A stretch of 64,000 bases of DNA, from positions 23,746,001 to 23,810,000 of the forward strand of contig CM119374.1 of NCBI GenBank assembly GCA_051294905.1. Reading direction: 5' to 3'. Below, piece by piece: positions 1 to 12,500 of this stretch. Source of the stretch: Botryllus schlosseri. Lineage: Eukaryota. How positions within the stretch are numbered: the stretch's first letter is position 1; each line of letters starts with the position of its first letter. A model generated the notes under the pieces. That model was not told the origin of the DNA and made no database searches. It was given only the letters and a program-made list of their open reading frames with translations. A program made the position numbers and the translations under genes.

Positions 1-595
1 TCATTTATCGTAACATTGCACTTCTATACTTATGAAAATAAACCACTAAACCAGTAATCGAGTAGCACGCATCATGACGTCATAGCAGAATGTAATATGT
101 CAAAGTTCAAATATGTACCTTTTATGCGACCAGAAATAATATAATACCTGTTATCCATCAATAAGATACTTCGGTATTTTTTCGACCGTACCGATTTCAT
201 TGCACTTGGTGACAATGTTGTAGGATGATCATGACTTCGGAAATGTGCTATTTCAAGTAACGTTCGTACCTTTGTACTACATTTTGTATGCTACGATACG
301 CCCAATCATGGTTTCAAGGCATCAAAAGTGACAATTGATATCGAAACTATATTTCTCTTTGATAAATTACCTTTCAGTTGCGAGGAGCGTATAATTTCTC
401 TATTCGAAAAAATCGCCGTGTACTACTCGACTCGAATCATTAAAATTAATTCTCGATTCAGATTCGAGTACTCGAATCCTTGTGACCAGCCCTAGTTATC
501 AGTCATATAATTAAATAAATTTATAAAATGAGCATGCCAGAATTATATTTTAGTAGCAATATTTCCAAAATAATGATCAGATCTATACTTCTTAC

Positions 596-3500
596 TTATG
601 CAGCTTGGAAGCCTTTCGTCGAAAGAGCCACTTTCGGTGCACCTGGATGTTTGAGTGCCTACGAGAGTGTATCCCTCCTCGCAATCGAACTGTACTTCTT
701 CCCCAATCTCGTAGAAGCTGCGGGTAGGAGAGGTGTAACCCTTTACCGGATTACCAGGAAATCCGCAGGAGACTCCTGAAGAAGGATGGCCAGACATGAG
801 ATTCCATCTATATTACTATGATTCAACCAGAACTATATGTGGATGTAGAGCCTATGTATGTAGATGTAGAGCAGTGGTGTCAAACTCAAATTGCGTCGGG
901 GGCCGGACCAGGGAACTGATTCCAAAATGTTACCTCGTGCCCTTGCATTTCACCTGAATACTTCATTATCAAGCATATGTAGATAATACGTGGATATACT
1001 AGCAAGTCGCAACACCTTTATTGGCGCATGATGGAATTGGCAGAAATACGATGATTTTGTGGTTGAAGAGCTATTTTTGGTTCATCATTTCATAAAACTC
1101 CGAGTTCGCTGTGCATTTTTCGCCTTCTCGAAATAATAATACAATAATTTATAGAGCGCCGAATATAGCAATATATCAGTACAGAATAGGCGCAGAACAG
1201 GCGCAGTACACAATAGGCAATGGAATATATAAATAAAAGATATGTATAAAATCGCGAGTGCATATAGTTGTTGGGCAGAATAAATACTACTGTAATTCGA
1301 ATGCTCGTGTAAATAAAACGGTTTTGATTTTGCGCTTGGAAACATATAGTGAGTCAGATAGTCTGATAGAAACTGGATTGATTGTTTGAAACTGATTGTT
1401 CCACAGAATGGCGGCTGATGAAGAAAAGTTTCTCTCGCCGCAGATTGATGTTTTGACTCTTGGAACTGATAAGAGTTTATGTGACTGAGAACGTAACGCC
1501 TTTATAGGATTGTAGATTGTCACTTCTCTCCATGCAATTGAAAACATACAGAGATGAGGTGTTAATGTCCCCGAATTGTTCGTTATATTGTGACCAGAGT
1601 GAAACCGGGTGGTCATACTGGTGCCTATGAACAATGAACATGCTCGACATTTGCTGTGTCGGTGGAATATTTAATGTATGAAATGCCATCTAAATATGTT
1701 ACGAATGTGATGAAAAATATAACGATTTTTCAATCTACGCAGAATTGCTTCGCTGATGAATTCGTCTGGCGGGCCGGATGCAGCCCGCGGACCGTATGTT
1801 TGACACCCCTGATGTACTGTGATGTAGAGCCTATCTATGTAGTTGGAGTTATCTAGCTATTGAAGATTGTCAGATAGTCTGAAAGCTGTGACGGATTCAA
1901 ACGCAAGAAAATAAAGGATGAGTGAATGCAAAATAACCCTGATTTTATTACTTTTGATTGCAAACACCTCCCGAATATGAACGACACAGCCAATATGAGT
2001 AATCACAATGCAATTTCATATTTCGATAAAGTTGAAAAGACAAAGCCAGATGTTTGCTTATATATGATTTCATATTATATTTTATCTGATGTATAACTGC
2101 TCAAATTTGGTTATATTCGGGAACCTATTAATCCTAAAAATGACTCATACTTTCGCAAGTTGGCGATGCTTCCGAAAATCTTCCGTTGGTACCGCACATT
2201 GATGTCCGACTCCCTGTCAGTTGATATCCTTCATCGCAGGAGAAAGTGACTTTTTGATTGTACATATACTTCGGCAAGTCAGGAGCGAAAGATCCGAACA
2301 CCGGCTTAACAGGAGGTCTACACGATTGCTCTGAAAGCATAGAGTATAGTTTCAAAGTGCTTAAAGCACGAGTATGGGTTCGCGATTGTGCTCGTTATTA
2401 CCAGAACAATTCGGCACTGCGTCTGAAAATTGGCCAGATGACAGACATGTAGCCGATGTTGATCCAACAACCTCGTAACCTCGAATGCAGGAATACGTTA
2501 CGCTGTCTCCTATTCCGTACAACGGCGAAACGGGCGAAGTAAAGCCATTGTCCGGAACACCGGGGAAAGAACAGGATACTCCTGTAAAGCGTACAGCAAT
2601 TATTATGAATATTCCCTTTCATCGCAGCAACGAACTGTCTTAGTGAATATATGAAAATATAGTTAATGATTTACTTCGATATCAGATAAGCCCACATCCC
2701 TATGAATATCAAAAGACTATAGCAAGACTGTGCGTAATAAATGAATATCCATGATTACTTTTACAAACGGCTTGGCCCTTCGAAAATTGTCCATTTGCCA
2801 AACAAACTGCTGATGTAACACCCGATATCTCGTAGTTCTTGGTGCATGAGTAGGTAACTTCATCTCCAACAGCGTATCTTGGCTGGAATGGGGAAATTAC
2901 CCCGAAGCTGGGAGCGCCTGGGTTGTCGCAGTATGCCACTGCGATAAGAAAATATGGTTAATAACAAAGTTGATCGTATGAAAGTCGACAAACTTACATT
3001 TGCATGTAGGCAGGAATCCCGAGAATCGTCCACTGTCGGAACAGCGACTAGACTCAAGTCCGACCAATCGATAACCGTCATCACACTCAAAAGTAATGAC
3101 GTCATTCACGGTGTATTCGTCTTTCTGCGGTTGCGTCTTGCCGTTATCCGGACTCCCAGGAAACTCGCAAGTGACAGCTGTGAAGAAAAACGAGTCATGC
3201 GTGAAAGGCTAGTGAATATACACAGTATATACACAAAATGTAGCTAACAATGTAATTGCCAATAAAGTTAAATATATATTCTTAATTCCATGTTTAGCAT
3301 TATATTATGTAACAAAGTAAACTATAGTTTCAAACTTACGATTGCAAGCGGGAATGGAGTCTGAAAATTCTCCGTTATCTTCACACCTTATGAAAGATGC
3401 TCCTTTCAATTCATATCCCTCCATACAACGGAACGACGCTCGTTGGCCCAAACCGTATTTTGACCGGTCTGGATAGATTTCGCCGAATCTTGGAGCGCCA

Positions 3501-6500
3501 GGATTGTCACAGGTGATCCCTAAAAATAAACAAAGTTCGATAGAGCACGATGAAACCATCACATCATTGATTATCTGAATAATAGCTAGGGAGCATCAAT
3601 TGAGCTAGGAAAGATATTCAATTGCCACCATAAAGGATGTGAAATTAGTGACTTTTTCAGTCATTGGCTACTTTGCCCAGCTATATTCAATAGAAACTTT
3701 ACTCAATACATTTGAAACAGAACTTTCATGCAAAGAAAACGTGATTGAACATGTGTGAAACCAAAGCAAAATCAAGACAATTCGTTGACGCGTTTTACGG
3801 TAGGGAATATCCAGTCCGTACCGTTATTCTCAACTCGATATCTTGATGTAGGCGTGAAGTAATGAAAGGACATGGTGTCACTTACTGCTACAAATCGGTA
3901 TTTCATCTTCGAATACACCCCCCACGCCACAAGTAGTTGATTCCAATCCGTCAACGACATAACCGGGAATGCATTCGAAGGTAATCAGACTGCCGACAGA
4001 GTAGGTTGGCCTCACTGGCTCGGTAAATCCGTTTTCGGGATTGCCAGGAAAGCGACACCCAATTTCTAAAAATGATATCGAAATTCAAAAAGACGCCAAT
4101 CCGTTGTACAAATTCCGCTAGTTATTTTCTTACCTTCACAAAGTGGTATCCTGGCAGAGAACACATTTTCGTCGACGCAGGTCGCAATGCTTGCTCCTCT
4201 TATTCTGTAGCCGTCATTGCATTTATAAGTGACGTCATCTCCCACATTATACGTAGCTTGATCTGGGGATATGGTTCCGAACGCAGGAGAGCCCGGGTTC
4301 CGACAGGTGATAGCTGGAAATCAAGTTGATAAACGTAACGCAATGTCATGCATTGATAAGAGTGGGACATCTCGAAGGAGAATGCAAAATGACACAGAGA
4401 TAGAAGCATGCTATAGACTGGCGTAATTCACAAGCCGAGATCAACATCTACAATAATAGTAAACGGAATTGTAATGCACTGCGCCTATGTATTAAAATTT
4501 GATCACAGTCTCTGAATTCTATATGCAGTTAGGCAATGTACAAAAATCTATTCACCAGAGCACATAGGTAGAGCTTGACTGAACAGTCCACTTTCGGTGC
4601 AAACGGAAAACGAAGATCCTTCCAATTTGTAGCCGTAGTCGCACGAAAACGACACCCGATCTCCAACAAAGTATTGTCGTTTTGGGGGGAATATCGATCC
4701 CGATTTGATTGAACCAGGAGACTTACATGACACTCCTGGAAAGCACGAAGACGGAGTAATCAAATGATGATCAAATTATATTGAGAAATACTTAAATGTG
4801 ATAATCACGATATTCAAATTCAACATCAATAATAAATCCTCGTACAGTCATCTTAATTCATGTAATACAGTATAAACTCATAACTGGTGCATCCTGCACA
4901 CTAAATTTGAAACCCTGGTCAGGTTAAGGGTAAGTTTAGCTTTTGTTATGGAGATTGGATTAGCTCAGAGTTTAGGTTAGTTTAGACGCGAGCCCATTAT
5001 CGTAGAGATATTTTAAATTGGTCATACTTTTGCAGAGGGGAAGTCCTTGTGAAAATTGACCACCAAGTTGACATATTGAAGACTCTGCGCCCTCCAATAC
5101 ATAACCACTCCGGCAAGAGAACTTTACTGATTCGCCAACTCTATAATTGAGCTGCTGTGGAAAGATTGTACCGAACTGTAAGAATCCTGGACTTGGGCAC
5201 GTGAAAGCTGAAATAATAAAATAAAACGTTGAATAATCATGATATTCTCTGAAGTAGCTTTGTAAACATACGTTCGCAAGTTGGAATATCCCGAGGGAAA
5301 AAGTCATCTTCTCCGCATGTAGCTGAGACCTGGCCAACCAAATTGTATCCTTCGTCGCAGGCGTATGAAATAGTGTCTCCATACTCATAAGTGGATTGCG
5401 AGGGAGTTATGTTCCCGTTCACAATTGGCCTCGGTCGCACACACGTAATACCTGCCAAATCGACAGCAATATGATACTAATTCATTTTACGTGTAATAAC
5501 TATAACATAAACCTTCGAAGTTGACTGTAATAATTGCGTTACTATTGTCGATCATGATTCATGTAAGCCGGTTTTATAATTAAAGATATTTGTGACATGT
5601 TCATTAGCTGCTACATATCACGGAGAGCTGCTGGTTATCGCTTAAACCACCAGGTGATTATGGAGTACAGTGGTGGCCCTATTAACGGGGAGGGGGGTGG
5701 AGGGTGGGTGGGCGAGACTTACCGGGGGGCCCTATAAGCATCTAATCGTAAATTCTGGGGGCTCCGCCCCCAAGACCCCCTTTCGCATCTGATGGAATTA
5801 TCTATCTTTCACTGCGTCAAAGTTTGGCCAGATGCTGGATTCGGCCATATCTATCATTGCATGTGTGCAAGGATGGGCTACATCAAAACTAAGTCATTCT
5901 ACCGCATGCAGAGACGTTATGAATATACGGATACGGGACTTTTCTAACAAATGCAGAGATTGGATGATGATTGACACATCTGTACGGAATCATATTCTTG
6001 CTTGGTACACGGTTTCCATGTTTATTCGCTATTATCCCTGAGAAAAAAGCGCATAAACCAAATAGGGGGGCCCTTCGACCAGGGGGAGCGGGCGACTGCC
6101 CACCCCGCCCACCCCCAAAAGCCACCACTGATGGAGTACCATTTCTAGGGTTGCATTTAAAACAAAAATCAATTTAAAACACACGTGTTTAAACATGGCC
6201 CTTGTTTAAAACATTTTTATTTTTTCTAGCCATGACACGCGAAACTTCAATTGTGACATCACAGTTGATTGACATTGACAATTGTAAATATACGGTAAAT
6301 ATGGCTCCTTCGACGACAAGGGCTCCCGACCACTGTCATAAACAGACACAAAATATCTTCAACTAGGACTACATCGCCATGCAACAATTTTAACGGTCAG
6401 CGATCACCATCATCAGAACACCCATTCCGTACCAATAATTATCTATATCTAATTGCTATAACTGTCGAACCAACGGCGATTGCGAGAGTTTCAACTACTC

Positions 6501-9500
6501 CATTTCGTATACATCGACTATATGGGGTGCAAATCGTCCGTAGACTCACACTACATGTACAATTATGGCATAATTATACAACGTTTGAAAAAAACACAAT
6601 TTTGTGTTTCAAGAAAAGGCGTTTGTTTAAAACACTGTTCAAGAGATGTTTAAAACACCGTTTGTTGTAAATGCAACCCTAACCGTTTCACACACTGCAG
6701 AGACTTTCTGGTCAATCGCAACATATAATAGTGTTTGTTGCTGTATATTTATAGCGATAACTATATCGTATTATCATCATCAGATCACATCGATATAGCT
6801 AAATGCACAATAGCATATCGTTCTTGTTGAAGCATGCTACACATGTTCATGTTCAGTCAGCAATGATCGAGAAGTATTGATCAATGCAAATCCACTGAAC
6901 TTACGATCGCATCGCACTTGTTCCACGTTGAACTTCCCGGATCTCAAACATTCACCGACGCTTCCGCCGACAATCTTGTAACCTGATGAGCAGGTGTAAG
7001 TAATGCCGTCTCCAATCGCATACTTTGACTTGATCGGGAAGAACGAATAAGTCGATGATGAGCTCGGTGCATTGCAAGTGATTGCTGTAATAACATTATA
7101 ATTACCGTACGAATGTATCGCACAGGTTATATACGCCATACTGTCACAGTATAATGTAATGATAAATCATATACACGAGGAATATTCAAGCAACAGTTTG
7201 ACACACCTTCACATCTTGGCGTTCTCTCTGATAATGTGCCGTCTATTTGACAAGTTGCCGTCTCAGATCCAACCAGATTGTAACCCAAATCGCATGAGAA
7301 TCTGACACTATCCTTATATGGTATTGACACTAAGCCTCGTGGCGATACGTCGCCGTCTCGGATGAAAGATGGAATTTGGCATGTTATTTCTGCAAAAAAT
7401 ATTGTTTGAAGTTTGGCAGTGCTGTTATAACCCTCGCTAAGGTTGATCGGGCCGAGTGTTGGATTATTCTGATGTTTCACAGACCTACCTTTGCATATGG
7501 GCTCGCGGAACGAGAATTGGCCTGTCGCTTGACACGTTCTGGTGCTGGTACCCTCCAAAAGAAACCCGTCGTTGCATTTATACGTTATGACGTCTTGATA
7601 CTTGAAAAAACTTGACGATTCAACCAGATAACCGTCATCGGGCGTCGACGGTCGTCCGCACGTAACAACTGCACCAATAGATGTAGACAATGAATATTAT
7701 CTTAGAGCTTGAAGGCCGAAGGGAGACAGTCAAAGATGAGCAAACGTATTCAGCAGATACATGGTGACGTCATGTTGATAGCTAAAGTTGCTTGGGGGGT
7801 TAATTCTGTTATAGCCGGTGATTTTAGGGTGTGCCGAAGTGAACGATAGGGAATAAAATTAATAAATGACTATAATACTGATTCTCTTTCTCACGGTGAA
7901 AAGTGCTATTTACCGGCTTCGGATAGCACGCAAGCCTCCTCATCATAGTCATTGATCATTCAAGGAGATGTAAAGCTAGGTAGGACCCAAGTTGTGCCCT
8001 TACACTATAATGGTGTCGGAAGGGTGTTTTACACATAATTTTACGCGGTCCTGTATTATAAAATCCAGACTAGTTGAACGTTTTCAAAGTCATACACTTA
8101 ATCAGCCCAAAAGACAAACCTTTGCACTCAGGGACTTTGTCGGAATATTGGTCTTGTCCCACACAAATCGTTTCCGCTTCACCTTCAAGCTCGTAGCCAG
8201 TATCGCAAGAGAACAGCACGGCGTCATTCAGATAATACGTCGCGCGATCGGGAAACACATCTCCATTATCTGGGACCAACGGCCGGGCGCACGTTATTCC
8301 TGAAAGTAATGTAGGATTGTTACACTATTCTGCGATATCCAGGTATCAGATATACCAGAGGCATACTAAGTAAAAGGTGACCGCTTTCCCTAGTTAAGCA
8401 GCAGTCAAACTGATAGTTCTCGGAAGCGTTTTTTGGTACGTAAGGATCCGTTATAAGTTCAGTCATCGGTCTGTCTACAACTGGGCAAGTGGACTTCTAC
8501 CGGATTCAATAAGCCTTCAATATAAATAAGTTAGAGACAAGCATGTTACAGTGTTACTACATCCACTTACTTGCGATGTCACAAATTTGTCCAACAAGTT
8601 ACCAAAATACAATATAACCATCTATTCTATATACAATCTAAGGCCAGCATAAATAATGCATAAAATGCGAGTTGTATGTAAACTCAGTATGAACCTATCC
8701 ATATTGTTGCCCGCGCTATACTAGAATATTACAAGCCAGAACGAAATTACACCAATTTGTTGAAATCCACACTAATGAACACAAGAAGCTTCGCGCTTAC
8801 GCTCGCAGATTGGTCCAGCCGGTGTGAAGGTTGCCTTATCCTCCGACGTCAGAGTGCAGGTTGACTCCTCGTTGCCGACAAGGCGATATCCAGTCCTGCA
8901 CGAGAACCTGATCGCATCCCCGATTCCGTAATCTGCCCGCAACGGCTCGACTTGGCCGTTTCGCAAACGATTTGGCCTCGCGCAGCGAATATCTAGACAA
9001 CGGAACGCCATCATTACTCAATTTCAACGCCTATGGGATTTCGCAATTGCAATGTCTGTCCTGTGGCTGTGCGTGGGGGCGAATCCAAAGACATGGAAAG
9101 GAAATATTCCACAGAAAAGCGATTTCCCAAAAACAGTGGTTCTCAACCGGGGTACTGTTTCGACTGATCAAGGCGGCCCGCGAGATCATGAGATAATGAG
9201 GGTTTCCGTGGATATAAACATTAGTGAGGACGTCGAAATACTGACAATACGGAAGTGGATCACAAAAAAGGCCATCAATAAATATGCTCCGACTCTAAGG
9301 CCGTGATTGCGATGGGCCGAATCTGAGGACCTTTTATGTCATCAGCTTTCCAAATCTTGCACTCGGGGTACTCATAGTGCCGTCGTGTCGCCGTGAACTA
9401 TTTATATCTTTCGGCGGGTATCGCGAGGTTCAGAACCACTGCCGTGAAACTATGTGGTGTAAACAAGGGCACACTCCGATCAGTTTGGAAGGGACGGATA

Positions 9501-12500
9501 ATAATTGGGGATGGGTAGCAGTAATTTGTAAACAAGGATGTGACGTCGAGGATCGGTTGTGTCTTTGTAAACATACTTATTGTGATGGTTATGCGGTCGA
9601 CAAGTTTGGAGGGTAAGGATTCGCACATTTCGCCTCTTGGTTACGCCACGGAATGGAAACAAATTCTAGTTTCGTCGCTTTATTACTAACGTTTTTAACG
9701 CACCAATGTAGACACGGGATATAATAATATAGACTTCGAGAGCAATAACATGCTCGGCGGTAATGCGCACGCTTACTTTTGCAAGACGGAATTTCGTTTG
9801 AATACAGATTTTCGTCAACGCAAATTGCTTCGCTCTGGCCGACCAATGCAAATCCGGACAGGCATTCAAACGACAGCCGATCGCCAACGTAATAAATCGA
9901 CTTCAACGGCGTAACGCGAAGGTATGTTGTCCGGGGCGGACCGTTGCAAGTCTTTCCTGTAGGGTAAATATACATGTGATTCTGTCTTAATTATATTCGA
10001 CTGTTTTTGGGACACGTACTTTCGCACAGTGGAGGCTGCGGTTGGAAGGTAAGCTTGTCACCAACTCCCACGCACGTCGACACGCTGGCCCCTACAAGTT
10101 TGTAACCCTCGTCGCATTCGTACAGTACTTTCACGCCCCGTATATAATTAGAGGTGTCGCTGACTAGTCGTCCGTTTTGGATCTCTTTCGGGTCTTCACA
10201 TCGGCGTCCTAATAAGACAGATTGACTTTCAGCATCGCTACTTCCGTCACATGGCAGTCATACGTACTTCCGCAAGTTGGCGCGCTTGGTTGAAAGGAAA
10301 GGGAGCCCAGGTCGTTGATTGTGCAAATTGAGCTGTCGCTGCCTTCAAGTTCATAATCATCGTCGCATCTGTATTGTATGGTATCGCCTTCAAAGAATTT
10401 TGGTCTCTTTTCCTTGTTTGTGATAATTCGTCCGTTCAGTATTTCTCCAGGTAGAGTACACGTAGGTATTTCTAGCAGAGGAGAAAGTTTGATTCGTATT
10501 GTGCGTAATCAGAGGTATAAAACGAATGGTAACATTTCTTTTCTCGAAGGGTCAAGCATTCGCTTCAGTCAATACAATTTAAAGCGCGGCTAACATCAGA
10601 TCATGCACCGGTAATTAAAAATGGCTCTAACAGAACACCTGTTCACAAACAAACAGTAGCAATTATGGTCCTACGTGAACTACTGGTCCGTAGCCCTATT
10701 GTATATTCGATTTTTCCACAGGTCTGGACCAGGCTATAGATGACGTGATTCGTGTTATTCAGCAGGAAGAAAATGGTACGATTGAAAGAAAGAAATGTTC
10801 ATGAAATATTCGTTAATCACTGGTAGTCAGAATCTCACTTTTAGTTTACAATTTTCGTCAATTCAAACTGGCAAAAGAATCGCGATACAGTAAAAAGAAA
10901 AGGAACAGTCGAAGGCACTGCAGTGGTTCTCAACCTTTTTGCCTTCGCGGACCCCTTTTGGACTGTCACGGATCCCCGCGGACCCCCACAAGTTTTCGTT
11001 CAAAATTAGCTGAATTATCGTGGAACTGTCATCTGTCTTGTGCAAATATTAACTGTAGGCTACTGTAAAACAAGCCACAAAATGACTTTTCGTGAAAATG
11101 GCATCATACTATCTGTAGAAATTGGGTATAGACTTATATTATTTGGAAGCGATTTTTGCAGCTGTATATTGTCTTGAGAATCTGCTTCTTCGATTTAATA
11201 TGAACGATCATGAGTGCCGAAAATGTTTCCACAAAAATAGGCGCTGAGGAAAGTAATATTACCGCGTGACGCTTCCAAAGACACCTTCTGCTGTGATCGC
11301 AACATATATGGCACCATAATTGAGAAACAGGGTTTTAAATGAACATATAACGCCCAGCCTAGTCATTTCAATAATGCATCTCATCTCGAAGTTATTCTGG
11401 AATATTCGTTATGTATATCATAGTAGAAAATGGATTTCGTGGCGAGGTTTCAATCCCTTCATTGAAATTCCGAAATTTCCATTTCAAACGTCCCCAACGA
11501 GGCAACGAAACGTCTCCAAACAGCAAAATGTTTTTATCAATAGGCTATTGGCAATTTGGCAAATAAAATGAGTTTGAACTTTATGATATTTTATCTCCGA
11601 CACCATTATTGATGTGAGTCCTTAAGTTTTAGCAATTATGAAACGAAACTGTAACATGCTTTCGCGAATTTAATTATATTACAAATTAGGTTTCAATCAT
11701 TTTACAAAAAGGTTTCGCGGACCCCCTGAAAATGCTTCGCGTACGCCCGGTTGGGAACCACTGCACTAGGTGAAGTCCATTAATTAAACTATAACCTTGG
11801 CCTACTAATACGGTACTAAAATAGAATTGCATGTTCAAAAGAGGCAATTGTACACTCATTTATAGAGAAATATCGAAAAAACATGGGCAAGCGATGAATA
11901 CAAATGTTTCTGCAAAGGGTATACAGACCCACTCGCTGGGTCAAAAATTCGATCACGTAACCTCAAAATGTAGACTAGTCACAGGAACGGTTGGTAAAAT
12001 TTACATATGGGCTATTAATATGTCTGAAAAACGTGTTGTAGGCTACATAGTTGGAGTCACCTTCGCAGGTCGGCACCTCCGCGTCAAAAATTCCCGTCTC
12101 AGTACATGTCAAAATCTTCGCTCCAACCAGTCGATACCCAGACCCGCAATCAAAGGCAATTTCGTCACCCACCAAATATATGTCTTTCACAATCGATATT
12201 ATCTTGAGAACGCCGCCTGGTGGCAACTGCGGGTTGTTACACTTGATGACAGCTGAGAGTAAAATACAGCTGTTCTTATTACTGGAAATGATTGTGCGAT
12301 CATAAGTCTCATATTTTGATACACTGCAGTGCATTTCGAGTTGTCGTTTTCGGTCTCCGTGATGGTAAGAGGAGTAAGATAGGCACTTTCCCTATCAATT
12401 CCGGATGGAATCAGACTTTTAATGTTATGTTATTAATGTCCTTGCCGAACCACTCCTCCATTATTACAGTGTTCGCAATACAGCGATGATTGTTGTGCTG

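Noticed and set aside
7127-7690. 187-aa ORF (and the 222-aa ORF at 56795-57463) as standalone genes
   Set aside because: Both are CCP exons read through stop-free intron sequence; canonical splice sites bound the domains.
9398-9628. Minus-strand ORF containing LDVTSLFTN, which resembles Penelope RT motif A
   Set aside because: An isolated motif with no GSP or YxDD motifs downstream, and the ORF runs into a MITE. It is chance or a relic too decayed to call.
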